Source: Macrostomum lignano (lineage: Eukaryota). From it: a stretch of DNA of 64,000 nt. Positions 35,380-48,004 of this stretch are shown here, one piece after another. Numbering within the stretch: position 1 is the stretch's first letter; every line of letters begins with the position of its first letter. The position numbers were made by a program, and so were the translations under genes. The notes under the pieces were generated by a model. The model was not told where the DNA came from, did not search any database, and saw nothing but the letters and a program-made list of their open reading frames with translations. Where the stretch lies: assembly GCA_002269645.1 (NCBI GenBank), contig NIVC01001839.1, positions 259,462 to 323,461 of the forward strand. Direction: 5' to 3'.

Positions 35380-35572
35380 ATTCTGCCCGATCGCTACGAG
35401 GGCTTCTAGCGCGCTCTGCCGTTGCCGGAGTGCAGAGGGCGAGATTGCCGCCTGGCCACTCGGCTGCCGGCATTCTTTGTCCAGCCGGACCTGGAGCCCA
35501 GGATGTACAACGCCTATGGCCTGGCCGCTGCGATGTCATAGGGGCACCACAAACCTGCACTTGGATATCGCC
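35380..35572 (+). pseudogene. KDM3: KDM3/JMJD1 (JHDM2) histone demethylase JmjC exon, pseudogenised
   Basis: After acceptor tcatccag|: [62 protein letters not shown] versus KDM3 MLPTRFEDL..NLPLPEY.KRDG.LNLASRLP..FVRPDLGPKMYNAYG...GTTNLHLDVS. TAG at 35407-35409 and a frameshift before the HxD motif. Confidence 0.85.
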
Positions 35573-36519
35573 TGGATACTTTGGTCACCATAGCAACATT
35601 AATAGAAAATGAGAAGCAGATGAATGTTTATTTAAAACCAGTTTGATTACTTTTATCCCAGATTTAGACTATGAAACACCCGATGGCCGATATGATACGA
35701 ACTAAGTTTTGTTATTTTTCAGTTTCAACTGCTCCTGTCTTTTCGTGGTTCATATTTTCAGAATTTAACTAGCAATCAGCGCCCCCCTTGGGGAGCCAAA
35801 AATGCAGTACGAGTTTTTTTAATAAACTACATGTAGATTGTAGTGTCTCTTTGCAATAACCTCAGCAATCGCTTGTAAGCGTTGACATCTCAGCAATTCC
35901 TCCCCCCACAAGTCTTAACATATCAAACTCCCCCCTTGAAATCTGAGCGATGACCCCCATAAGCCTTGAAATCTTAAAAAATCTGTCAACCCTAACCCTA
36001 ACCCTAAAGCATTGCCATTTTAGTAATTCTCCCCAAGAGTCATTATAACATTACAGCATTATAGCAATTCCTCCAAGCCTTGACATCGTAGCGATTCCCA
36101 AATGAATCTCCTAACTTCGACATGACTCTTCTTTTATATCTACTTTCATCTGTTTAAAATGACGCTTCTTCTATTAGCGCCCCTCGTGGGGAACTAACAA
36201 AGAATGTAATAAAAAAGTGAATAAACTACATGTAGCTTCTGAATTTTACCTAGACATCTCAAAAATCCCTCATAAGCATTTACGAGTACATCTCAGTTAT
36301 TCCCCGTGAGCCTTAACATCTTAGTAATTCTCCTCAAGAGTCACAGCACAGTTTCACGTGACTCTTCTTTTATTTTGAAATGACGCTACTTTTTGACATG
36401 ACGCTTCTTTTTACATGATGCTTATTGATTTTTACGTAATGCTTCTATTTTTTTACATTTTTTTACTTTTTTCATTTTTACATAAAGCTCATTTTCTTTT
36501 CTACATCACGCCTCTGTTA

Positions 36520-36975
36520 TTTTTACCGGACGCTTTTATGATTTTTACATGACGCTTCTATGATTGTTTACATGACTCTTATATGATTGTTTACATGACG
36601 CTTCTATGATTTTTTACATGACGCTTCTATGATTGTTTACATGACGCTTCTATGATTGTTTACATGACGCTTATATGATTGTTTACATGACGCTTCTATG
36701 ATTGTTTACATGACGCTTCTATGATTTTTTACATGACGCTTCTATGATTGTTTACATGACGCTTCTATGATTGTTTACATGACGCTTCTATGATTGTTTA
36801 CAGGACGCTTCTATGATTTATTACATTATGCTTGTATGATTTTTACCGGACGCTTCTATGCTTTTTTACATGACGCTTCCATGATTGTTGACATGACGCT
36901 TCTATGATCGTTTACATGACGCTTCTATGATTGTTTGCATGACGCTTCTTTCATTTATACATGACGCTTCTTTTT
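36520..36975. repeat. 23-bp minisatellite (tttacatgacgcttctatgattg)n
   Basis: About 19 units. Confidence 0.95.
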
Positions 36976-37289
36976 TTGCTTTTATTAGCTGTGTTTTGAT
37001 ATTAGAATACACATACAGGCGCAGTCCCAAGGCTTTTTGCCGAATTTTGCGGACACGTTTGTGGACAAGTCTGGCTTGAGTTTATGTTTTGACAGCCACT
37101 TTGACTTGTCATTTTCTTCTACCAAAAACCGATTAAAGGCTTTCAAACCTTTCGATAAAAGGTGCCATAAATATTTATGCGAAGACTACATCTATATTTA
37201 ATTGTATAGCTAAAGAAACTAGAACGTCAGAAGCTTCCCCTCACCATTCCCCTCTGAGGGATATAAACAAGGGCATCTTATCAGGGATA

Positions 37290-39060
37290 AGTAATTAGAA
37301 ATCGTGGATTCGGATTCCAACATGAGGAATCAGGGATATGGAATTAGAAATCGTGGATTCGGATTCCAACATGAGGAATCAGGGATATGGAATTAGGAAT
37401 CGTGGATTCGGATTCCAACATGAGGAATCAGGGATATGGAATTAGGAATCGTGAATTCGGATTCCAACATGAGGAATCAGGGATAGGGAATTAGGAATCG
37501 TGGATTCGGATTCCAAAACGAGGAATCAGGGATATGGAATTAGGAATCGTGGATTCGGATTCCAAAACGAGGAATCAGGGATATGGAATTAGGAATCGTG
37601 GATTCGGGTTCCAAAATGAGGAATCAGGGATATGGAATTAGGAATCGTGGATTCGGATTCCAAAACGAGGAATCAGGGATATGGAATTAGGAATCGTGGA
37701 TTCGGGTTCCAAAATGAGGAATCAGGGATATGGAATTAGGAATCGTGGATTCGGGTTCCAAAATGAGGAATCAGGGATATGGAATTAGAAATTGTGGATT
37801 CGGGTTTCAAAATGAGGAATCAGGGATATGGAATTAGGAATCGTGGATTCGGATTCCAACATGAGGAATCAGGGATATGGAATTAGGAATCGTGGATTCG
37901 GATTCCAACATGAGGAATCAGGGATATGGAATTAGGAATCGTGAATTCGGATTCCAACATGAGGAATCAGGGATATGGAATTAGGAATCGTGGATTCGGA
38001 TTCCAACATGAGGAATCAGGGATATGGAATTAGGAATCGTGGATTCGGATTCCAAAACGAGGAATCAGGGATATGGAATTAGGAATCGTGGATTCGGGTT
38101 CCAAAACGAGGAATCAGGGATATGGAATTAGAAATTGTGGATTCGGGTTTCAAAATGAGGAATCAGGGATATGGAATTAGGAATCGTGGATTCGGATTCC
38201 AACATGAGGAATCAGGGATATGGAATTAGGAATCGTGGATTCGGGTTCCAAAACGAGGAATCAGGGATATGGAATTAGAAATTGTGGATTCGGGTTTCAA
38301 AATGAGGAATCAGGGATATGGAATTAGGAATTGTGGATTCGGATTCCAAAACGAGGAATCAGGGATATGGAATTAGGAATCGTGGATTCGGATTCCAACA
38401 TGAGGAATCAGGGATATGGAATTAGGAATCGTGGATTCGGGTTCCAACATGAGGAATCAGGGATATGGAATTAGGAATCGTGGATTCGGGTTCCAAAACG
38501 AGGAATCAGGGATATGGAATTAGGAATTGTGGATTCGGGTTCCAAAACGAGGAATCAGGGATATGGAATTCGGAATCGGGGATTGAGATTAAAAAATGAG
38601 CTTCTCACGGTTCTATGATAGCTGGCAGTCTTTCAAACATTTAGAAAAAGGTGCCATAAGCTCCTCTCTGCCTTATGAATTATGATATCTGACCCAGTCT
38701 TTCAAGTTTCTTGCAAAAGGTGCCATATGCCCTTCTGGAAAGGGAATTAAGAATCGTGGATTCGGATTCCAACATGAGGAATCAGGGATATGGATTTAGG
38801 AATTGTGGATTCGGATTCCAAAATAAGGAATCAGGGATATGGATTTAGGAATTGTGGATTCGGATTCCAAAATGAGGAATCAGGGATATGGAATTAGAAA
38901 TTGTGGATTCGGGTTCCAAAATGAGGAATCAGGGATATGGAATTAGAATTGTGGATTCGGATTCCAACATGAGGAATCAGGGATATGGATTTAGGAATCG
39001 TGGATTCGGGTTCCAAAACGAGGAATCGGGGATAGGGATTCGGAATCGGGGATTGAGATT
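37290..39060. repeat. 49-bp satellite (aatcagggatatggaattaggaatcgtggattcggattccaacatgagg)n in two arrays (37290-38590, 38745-39060)
   Basis: Period of 49 measured directly (38161 to 38210); the spacer block 38590-38745 is repeated and expanded at 39060-39410. Confidence 0.96.
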
Positions 39061-39914
39061 AAAAAATGAGCTTCTCACGGTTCTATGATAGCTGGCAGTC
39101 TTTCAAACATTTAGAAAAAGGTGCCATAACAAGCTCCTCTCTGCCTTATGAATTATGATAGATGATCCAGTCTTTCAAACATTTAGAAAAAGGTGCCATA
39201 ACAAGCTCCTCTCTGCCTTATGAATTATGATAGATGATCCAGTCTTTCAAACATTTAGAAAAAGGTGCCATAAGCTCCTCTCTGCCTTATGAATTATGAT
39301 ATCTGACCCAGTCTTTCAAGTTTCTCGCAAAAGGTGCCATATGCCTTTCTGGGAAAGGGAATTAAGAATCGGGGATTGAGATTAAAAATGAGCTTTTCTA
39401 GGTTCTATGATTTCTGGCAGTCTTTCAAACATTTAGACATTCAAACATCAAACATCAAATATTCTTTCAAACATTATATATACTACACCTTGTGGGATAT
39501 ACTGTAAAGGAGAGGATCGCGAGATAGGACAATAGGTAGAGATACAGACTACCTATAGGGTAGGACGAGAGTAGCATGACTGAATGACCTGGAGGAAGGT
39601 GATAAAAAGCGATAAAAGCGATATGGGCGATTCTGTGTGGCAACATAACTCATCACTAACAGTGCATCGAGTGGGTTAAAGATTAAGACAAAGGCATTAC
39701 ACAATTAAGTAGTAAAAGCAAATCATAAGTTAATTATAATAACTTCGTAAATCTCAGCAACATCGAAAAGTCGCCATCACAGAAGTCTGTGGTCGTCACT
39801 TTTGAAAGTGCAGGTGAAGTCTCTCAATCTTTGCGAGTGACGCAACGCCACGCGGCAGACTTGAGTTGAGGAATGAATTGGGGGAGCGGTGTGCGAGGGT
39901 TGAACGGATTAAAG

Positions 39915-40114
39915 CAGCGGTTCTCAACCTTTTTTTCAGGCGACCCCAATTTATTCACTTGCATCATTTTTAATGTTCGCGACCCCTTTTAAAATTAATA
40001 TACATGTAATGCATTATTATGTATGACAAACTCACACATTTCTTCGTGCTGCGACCCCAGAAAATGGTCACGCAACCCCACTGGGGGTCGCGACCCATAG
40101 ATTGAGAACCACTG
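39915..40114. mobile_element. 200-bp hAT (Charlie-like) MITE
   Basis: TIRs cagcggttctcaac / attgagaaccactg; perfect 8-bp TSD gattaaag at 39907-39914 and 40115-40122. Confidence 0.92.
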
Positions 40115-40414
40115 GATTAAAGCTACCTTGATTAGTTTATATCATATCTTTTATTTATAATATTTTAACTCACTCACTAATAATATATTACTCTCTGGCG
40201 CATAGAGTGGCGACTTTTCAATGTTGCTGAGTAACGATATTTAGTAGATCCTGAACTCTCAGCAAATAGTGATCTAGATGGAGTATACCTTATTGAAAAA
40301 TAATCAATAACAAAACAATAAACAATAACAAGTCCGAAAATGACACTTTTGATTTTTATAGTGCCAAATAGATATAAATCTGCGCCGATCCCTGAAGTCA
40401 TGCCTTAAAGCCCA

Positions 40415-41815
40415 AAAACGCTCGGAAAGCTCAAATCGGCGCTGGAAAGCTCAAATCGGCGCGGGAAAGCTCAAATTGGCGCCGGAAGTCAAATTTGGCG
40501 CCAGGATTACCAAATCGGCGCCAGGGATCGCCGAATCAGCGCCGGAATGCTGAAATCCGCTCGAGAAAACCTAAACCAGCGCTAGAGAGCTGAAACCAGC
40601 GCTAGAAAGCTCAAATCGGCGCGGGATAGCTCAAATTGGCGCCGGAAGTCAAATTTGGCGCCAGGATCACCAAATCAGCGCCGGTCGGCGCCAGGATCAC
40701 CGAATCAGCGCCGGAATGCTAAAATCAGCGCCAAAAAGCCCAGACCAGCGCTAGAAAGCTCAAATCGGCGCAGGATAGCTCAAATTGGCGCGGGAAGTCA
40801 AATTTGGCGCCAGGATCACCAAATCGGCACCAGGATCGCTGAATAAGAGCCGGAATGCTGAAAACAGCGCCAAAAAGCCCGGACCAGCGTTGGAAAGCTC
40901 AAATCGGCGCAAGATAGCTAAAATTGGCGCGTGAAAGCTCAAATTGGCACCGGAAGTCAAATTTGGCGTCAGGATCACCAAATCGGCGCCAGTATCGCCA
41001 AATCAGCGCTAAAAAGCCCGGACCAGCGCTGGAAAGCTCAAATAGGCGCGGGAAAGCTCAAATTGGCGCCGGAAGTCAAATTTGGCGCCAGGATCACCAA
41101 ATCGGCGCCAGGATCGCTGAATCAGCGCCGGAATGCTGAAATCAGCTCAAGAAAACCTAAACCAGCGCTAGAAAGCTCAAATTAGCGCTAGAAAGCTCAA
41201 ATCGGCGCAGGATAGCTCAAATTGGCGCGGGAAAGCTCAATTTGGCGCCGAAAGTCAAATTTGGCGCCAGGATCACTAAATCGGCGCGAGGATCGCCAAA
41301 TCAGCGTTGGAATGCTGAAATCAGCGCCATAAAGCCCGGACCAGCGCTGGAAAGCTTAACTTGGCGCGGTAAAGCTCAAATTGGGGCCGAAAGTCAAATT
41401 TGGCGCCAGGATCGCCGAATCGGCGCCAGGATCATCAAATCGGCGCCAGGATCGCTGAATCAGCGCCGGAATGCTGAAATCAGCTCAAGAAAACCTAAAC
41501 CAGCGCTAGAAAGCTCAAATCGGCGCAGGATAGCGCAAATCGGCGCGGGAAAGCTCAAATTGGCGCTGGAAGTCAAATTTGGCGCCAGGATCACCAAATC
41601 GGCGCCAGGATCGCCGAATTAGCGCCGGAATGCTGAAATCAGCTTGAGAAGACCTTAACTAGCGCTGGAAAGCTCAAATTGGCGCTAGAAAGCTCAAATC
41701 GGCGCAGGATAGCTCAAATTGGCGCGGGAAAGCTCAATTTGGCGCCTAAAGTCAAATTTGGCGCCAGGATCACCAAATCGGCGCCAGGATCCCCAAATCA
41801 GCGCTGGAATGTGCC
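40415..41815. repeat. Complex GGCGCC-rich satellite built from ~19-20-bp subunits in a longer higher-order unit
   Basis: Recurring gaaagctcaaat[c/t]ggcgc, ggaagtcaaatttggcgccaggatc and gaatcagcgccggaatgctgaaatc blocks. Confidence 0.9.
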
Positions 41816-42388
41816 AACGAGCGTAGAAGTGGCAGCATATATCAGCTTGCTACTTCTGGGCGCCAAGTTTAATATACCGGCGCCAATTTCAGCCTTTGGG
41901 CGCCAATTTTAGCGCCCTGGCAAGGTCAATGCATTTAGTTCTCACTCAATGGAGCCGAAAAAAAAGTTTTTTTTCTATTTTGAATTAGTGCCATGTATCT
42001 TGACAACCAATGCGAGTCAAGTTCTGGCGTCTGCTTCTCCACAGCCCCGCAATGGCATATCCTAACCATTGTGGGCTGGCCCGCGCTAAGGGAGCCCACC
42101 CCACCGTGGGGCGGACCCCGCTAACGGGCTATTTTTAGCGTGGGATGGGCTCCGCTAACGGGCGGCCATAAACTGGGAAGGAAGATCCCCGGTAAATCAG
42201 TGCTGTTTCTTTGTCTGTGATGCACACGGGGTAACAGGCCCCCCACTTGAAAGCTGAACGCATGCACATTGGGTGTACATTTGCTCGCATGCTTTTGAGG
42301 ATGCCTTCTCCACTTCACCCTAAATGAAAAATTTATAAAGATTCGATATGATGCATGCTATATCAGAGACTATAGTCAGAGAAAAAGA

Positions 42389-42700
42389 ATGGTTTATAAA
42401 TACGCAGCTTACAACTACAGGTCTGGATCTGGATATGCAACTACAAATAAAAATCCAGCGGTTCAATCTTCAGGAGCAGAAAGCAGAATATTTTCTCATG
42501 TGCTTCCTTTGCATGATTTTCAACTATTTGAAGAATGGTCGCAACGAATTCGAAGGGTAAACTACCAACCCAGGACAGAATCTCAACTGTGCTCGTTGCA
42601 CTTTATTGCCACCGATTTTCACACAACGTCACAAGATTCTTAGTGAGCGCAGGAGAAACAGCGACACTCTGAATAAGGAATGATGGTGTGCCGGTGTGCC
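42389..42700 (+). pseudogene. THAP zinc-finger domain pseudogene (probably transposon-derived)
   Basis: MVYKYAAYNYRSG...SHVLPLHD..LFEEW..RIRR..YQP...SQLCSLHFIATDF, then frameshifted DS/ERRR and DGVP. Matches the THAP pattern MxxxCxAxxCxxG...FP...W...LCSxHF...AVP. Confidence 0.7.
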
Positions 42701-42709
42701 TCCATACAA

Positions 42710-43480
42710 CAACAAAATGCGCTGTCAGCCATTCCAGCGAGTCATGGTCATGAGAGACAAGGACAACGTCACACGTTTCAGGGCCTGGGCGCGAACCGCC
42801 GGCCGCACCGCCGGCAGAGTCCGGGGCGCCGGCATTAGCCGGCAAGAAGTCGACGAAACACAGACTGCGTGCCTGTCCCCGCCGGTAGGGTGCCTGCAGC
42901 GACAGCAGCAGCACTTCCTGCACCGGCTGTGGACTTTAGGACTCGGCTCGGATGATGTGGCCAGCTGGAGTCGTGGACGGCGCAAAAGTTTGCTGGGAAG
43001 GAACAGGCCAGTGCGGCGATATAGCCCGCATTGGTGACGTGCTCGCAGCCGATCTTAAAGACAGGCCAGCGTGCGCCGCATTGACCTGCTGTTCGAGCGA
43101 ATCCGTCAGTGTCCAGGTCTCGGTGTTGTACAACAGGACGGTCTCGATCACCGCCTTGAACAACGCCGCCCTCTGGCGGTCAGGCAGGGCCTCGGACTGC
43201 AGGACAGCCCTCACGAAACGGAAGGCAACCCAAGCAAGTCCACGGCGACGTGCTAGGTCCTCTGGAACATCAAGCACCATGGTCTGCAGACCGCCGAGGC
43301 AGACGAACTGCTGACAGTGCGGAAGCTTCGACACCTGCCTGTCAGCGTCTCGGTATTCGAAGCACGACGGTCTTCTGCGTGTTGACCCCCAGGCCGACGC
43401 TCGCAGCAACGCTCACAAGCTGGTCCAGCTGGCGCTGGGCGCGTTCGACGGTCGGCAGGAAGAGACTCGACGAAATCGTC
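42710..43480 (-). mobile_element. 3' fragment of a non-LTR retrotransposon (RTE-like RT C-terminal part)
   Basis: Frameshifted VERAQRQLDQLVSVAASVGLGVNTQKT (late RT motifs), RRRGLAWVAF, ALFKAVIETVLLYNTETWTLT, HVTNAGLY, RLQLA/GHIIR; short (ttg)n at the 3' end near 42710. Confidence 0.8.
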
Positions 43481-44114
43481 GAGTTTGACCGCGATGCATC
43501 AGGTGAAATCGATCGCCGGAAAGTACCGCGATGCAGTGGCGATGGTACCGCGATGCATCTTCTTCATAGATTAGATTAAGCAGCTAATTTATGTTCATAC
43601 TATGATTTTTTACTGATCCTATGTGTTTACTTTGCGGCTTTGCAAAAATATTAGTTTTGTTAAGATATGTCACAAATACCTTTAGAGACTCTTAATAAGC
43701 ACTGACTTGTTAATTAAAAAAATAAACTTAAAGAATTAAACATTACTCTTAATAACAGCAGCCAATTATTAGTGAAAACATTAGTGTTGAATAAGGCAGC
43801 CAGAAAACATGCAGGCTCCCACTCGGCCCGGTTGTGTCCGCCCCCCAAAAAAGCCTTCGCTTCCAGTTAGTTATCTAGAATTCTATGGTCGACAAACAAA
43901 TCCGTTCGGCAGGCTGGTTAAATAAGTTGGGCAGTTTGGAGAAAATAATGGTGCTTTCCGGCCCACGCACGCGAGCTCTGCTCTATTGTAATACTGTCTC
44001 GCTAAGTTGAGAGTCCACAGGCCGCCCACGTGGGGTCAGGTGCTCTATTGTATTACTATCTCGCTCAGTGAAAGTCCAGCCGGTCGCCCAACTGGCTGGA
44101 AAGGGCCTTCAGCC

Positions 44115-44505
44115 GGGCCAGCCGGTCGTTGCTGCAGGCTTCGGTTTCTTGGGCGCATGAGGGTGGGGAGGGGCGCGGAGGGCCAGCCGGTCGTTGCTGC
44201 AGGCTTCGGTTTCTTGGGCGCATGAGGGTGGGGAGGGGCGCGGGGGGCCAGCTGGTCGTTGCTGCAGGCTTCGGTTTCTTGAGCGCATGAGGGTGGGGAG
44301 GGGCGCGGGGGGCCAGCTGGTCGTTGCTGCAGGCTTCGGTTTCTTGAGCGCATGAGGGTGGGGAGGGGCGCGGGGGGCCAGCTGGTCGTTGCTGCAGGCT
44401 TCGGTTTCTTGGGCGCATGAGGGTGGGGAGGGGCGCGGAGGGCCAGCTGGTCGTTGCTGCAGGCTTCGGTTTCTTGGGCGCATGAGGGCGGGGAGGGGCG
44501 CAGCT
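44115..44505. repeat. 65-bp GC-rich tandem repeat
   Basis: catgagggtggggaggggcgc...ggtcgttgctgcaggcttcggtttcttg[g/a]gcg; period 65 (44221 to 44286), about 6 units. Confidence 0.93.
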
Positions 44506-44820
44506 GGACTTTCCCCCTTCATCCTCGAGCCGCGCCCCCGCCCCGGGTCCACATTGAGTCCACACTGACATATAATCGAGCGGATGGTCGGCTCAGAGTC
44601 AGAGTTGCCCACAGATAGTGAGATTAGACCTACATTTTTACGGTGAGATTGGACCTACATCTTTGCAATGGCCGAATCAAACGAGCGTCATGAGCCGACC
44701 CCGAGTGGAGCTGCACCCTGCTCCTCCCGCCGGGCAATTTTCACCACGTTGGCGCGGTAAGTACGGTATGAGTGGTGCCAGAACCCCTCGGTTGCTGCAC
44801 TTCGCGCGCAGATCCAGCGC

Positions 44821-45201
44821 ATGCGCCTGGAAGGACAGCAGGCCGGGCTTCCACTGACGCAGGTGCTTGACACCGTGGCCAGGGCCGTGTGCGTGGCGAC
44901 TGCTTATACGCCGCGGCGGCTGATGACGAACGCCCGGATTGATGAAATCAGGACGGTGTGCCGGGCGGAGGGAATTAATCTACTCGGACGACACGGGACG
45001 GGGGTACGAGCGACGGCGTGGAGACTACCATCCGACCGCCGCTGCCCTTCTTTGGACGGTGCTGGCTACTGCCGTCACTTGGAGTCCGATGGCTCCGTGT
45101 CCATTGAGAGTGTGGCCAGATTCCGGGTGGACGAGACTGCGAATAGTTTTAAGATGGTATACATGCGCGCTCCGCCGCGGGTGCGTCGCCGAGATCCTTA
45201 A
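44821..45201 (+). CDS. Hypothetical 126-aa protein inside the right TIR (copy of 31104-31490)
   Basis: Differs from the left copy by T>P, G>R, an earlier stop and at least one synonymous change. Confidence 0.3.
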   Translation: MRLEGQQAGLPLTQVLDTVARAVCVATAYTPRRLMTNARIDEIRTVCRAEGINLLGRHGTGVRATAWRLPSDRRCPSLDGAGYCRHLESDGSVSIESVARFRVDETANSFKMVYMRAPPRVRRRDP

Positions 45202-46376
45202 ATTTAGGGAGGGGGGGGGCGTGGACGAAGAGTCGGGGAATTATTTTGATTCGCATCGTTTAGAAATATACTGAAAATGCGTTTTTGGACAAGTTGGTCG
45301 GTTAATCGGACTTGGGATCTTTTCTTCTTTTGAATTATTTGTGGTACCGTGCAGTGTAGTTGAAATTCCTGTAGAATACTCTACCATTTGGTTCGGTTCC
45401 TTACTACTTGATTTTTAATAGAAAAATATAGTATGTGCGTAATAAAATTTCTGACGGGTACCTTATTACGTGTTTTGCAATTGAAAAATGGGGTATGGAC
45501 GTAATTTTCTATTAGTGCTATAATCCTGTAGAACGAATTAACGCGATTATCAACGTACAATAAGATGGTCATTCATCCGGGAAGCTCGAGTGCACAATGC
45601 ATTGCAGCAGCTGTCTGCAATTTGTTCGCATTGGGAATGCGCAGACTTGCTGCACAGGGTTCAAGTCTATCTGTCTCCCTCGCTGGCTCTATCTATGCAT
45701 CTGTTGCTATGGCAAAGCGCGGGTTGGCAGGCAGCTGGATTCTGGCCCGGCAAAGTAGAGCGATGACGGAGTTTCGCTGTGACCTCCTATACCGCTGTTT
45801 GTGGCCAGATGTGGCAGCAATACCGACTGCTGCGACCCTAAACCCTTACCTTCGACATCGAGCGTAGGGCGAGGGTATATACATGTAGGTCAGAGTTTCA
45901 CACGTGTTTGTGTCTTATAGCAAAAGTGTAGCAATAAGAACAGTTTTGTTGGACAAAGTGTCAAAATATTGTGGCCATAAATTTTCCTCTGCAATGTGCG
46001 GCGTTTAAGATAGAAAACTTTTTTTTACCTGAAATGCATTTTTGAAACTTTAGTTCGGAAAATTTGGAGGGAGAGAGCACTTTACTCAGTGGCTGACCCA
46101 GGGGGTCAATCGGGGACAGCTAATCCCCACTCACTCCCGGTAAAACACAAGATTCATTGGAGAATCCATTGGAGAATAAGTGCAACATGTGCAATTGCGC
46201 AGATGATGCTATGAGATTTCTATTTAAAAAGCAAAACAACTTGAAGATACGGCTCGTATGTGAAGCTCACAACTATCAGATACAGTCTAATTTTAGAACA
46301 ACTTGTCACAAGAGGTCATTCAAAGCGCAGTCATTAAATGACACAATGACGCATTCAGGACTCATAAAGTAGAAAT

Positions 46377-47194
<818 letters not shown>

Positions 47195-47810
47195 TCTATT
47201 CTATCTACCCGGTACCTAACTACCTAGCTTGGCATGTGGGAAGCATTTTTGCGAATGGTGCACTAAAAGCAGGAACCGCTGGAATTCAGCCCACAATTGG
47301 CTGGGTCACTTCAATAGACTGTGTTCCGGTAGTTCAGCAGCAGCAGAGATGGAAGCAAAGCAGACATAGCGAGAGACAGTGGCCGAAAATGGGGGAGTAA
47401 ATAGAGGAGGATGGATCTACTAAGAAGAATGAAAATGCTTTTTCGGCGATGGAAAACTTTTCTATAAATTGGAAAGCAAAGTATAGTAGATTGCTGATGC
47501 AGAGTGGCTTGCATTGGGAAGCTGGGGCTGATGGGTGGCGCAGACAGGGGCGACGGAGGGGTAGAGGGGTCAGAGGGGAGAGGGTAGAGCGCCATATTCG
47601 CTTCGGAACCCCCCCCCCGCTAAGCCAACCTTCATCGTTTCCCCTCGGCCTCACTCCATTCGCGGCAACACGTCCTCTTTACTTTCCTTTGCGGTTCGAT
47701 GCAGTTCGCAGTTCGCAGCGGATAAATAAGACCAACGCACTAAGCGAAAGTGGCGCGCCAACAAAGTTGAGAATTATTGTCAAACTAGCGACCTAACTGA
47801 ACTGGCATTT

Positions 47811-47933
47811 ATGGCCTCGAGAAACTGTGTCTCCAGGACAAGTCTCTGTTTGCAGCGGCTGTCTAGCGATGTGGCCTGGGGCTTCCGTCTGGCTGGGGGA
47901 CTGCAGGAGGCCAGCAAGCTGTTCGTCACCAGG
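47811..47933 (+). CDS. PDZ-domain protein, exon 1 (Zasp/PDLIM-type N-terminal PDZ, first half)
   Basis: MASRNCVSRTSLCLQRLSSDVAWGFRLAGGLQEASKLFVTR|gtaagc; WGFRL.GG carboxylate-binding loop; phase 0. Confidence 0.88.
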
Positions 47934-48004
47934 GTAAGCGAATCTTTTCTGGTTAGGGATTGGTTTGAATTTAGCGCTGATAATGCGATTTGTTATTGCT
48001 TTAG

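Larger units (their letters stand above)
30809..45519. mobile_element. 14.7-kb TIR element with Polinton/Maverick-type ends (non-autonomous, cargo-filled)
   Basis: Left: ATAATC|agtagtaatagaaaattacgtccatacccc. Right: ggggtatggacgtaattttctattagtgct|ATAATC. 6-bp TSD at 30803-30808 and 45520-45525; TIR 30809-~31525 vs ~44787-45519; AG...CT termini. Confidence 0.75.

Noticed and set aside
35988-36007. Interstitial telomeric (CCCTAA)3
   Set aside because: Too short and embedded in a degenerate minisatellite.
36174-36189. CTCF-like motif ttagcgcccctcgtgg
   Set aside because: One G short of the core spacing; a single imperfect site is not evidence.
37290-39060. CRISPR-like regular repeats
   Set aside because: Units are contiguous with no unique spacers, there are no cas genes, and the context is eukaryotic.
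44925-44955. Hammerhead ribozyme core CTGATGA...GAAA (also checked near 25385 and 52975)
   Set aside because: Stem II and the flanking stems do not pair in the required geometry.
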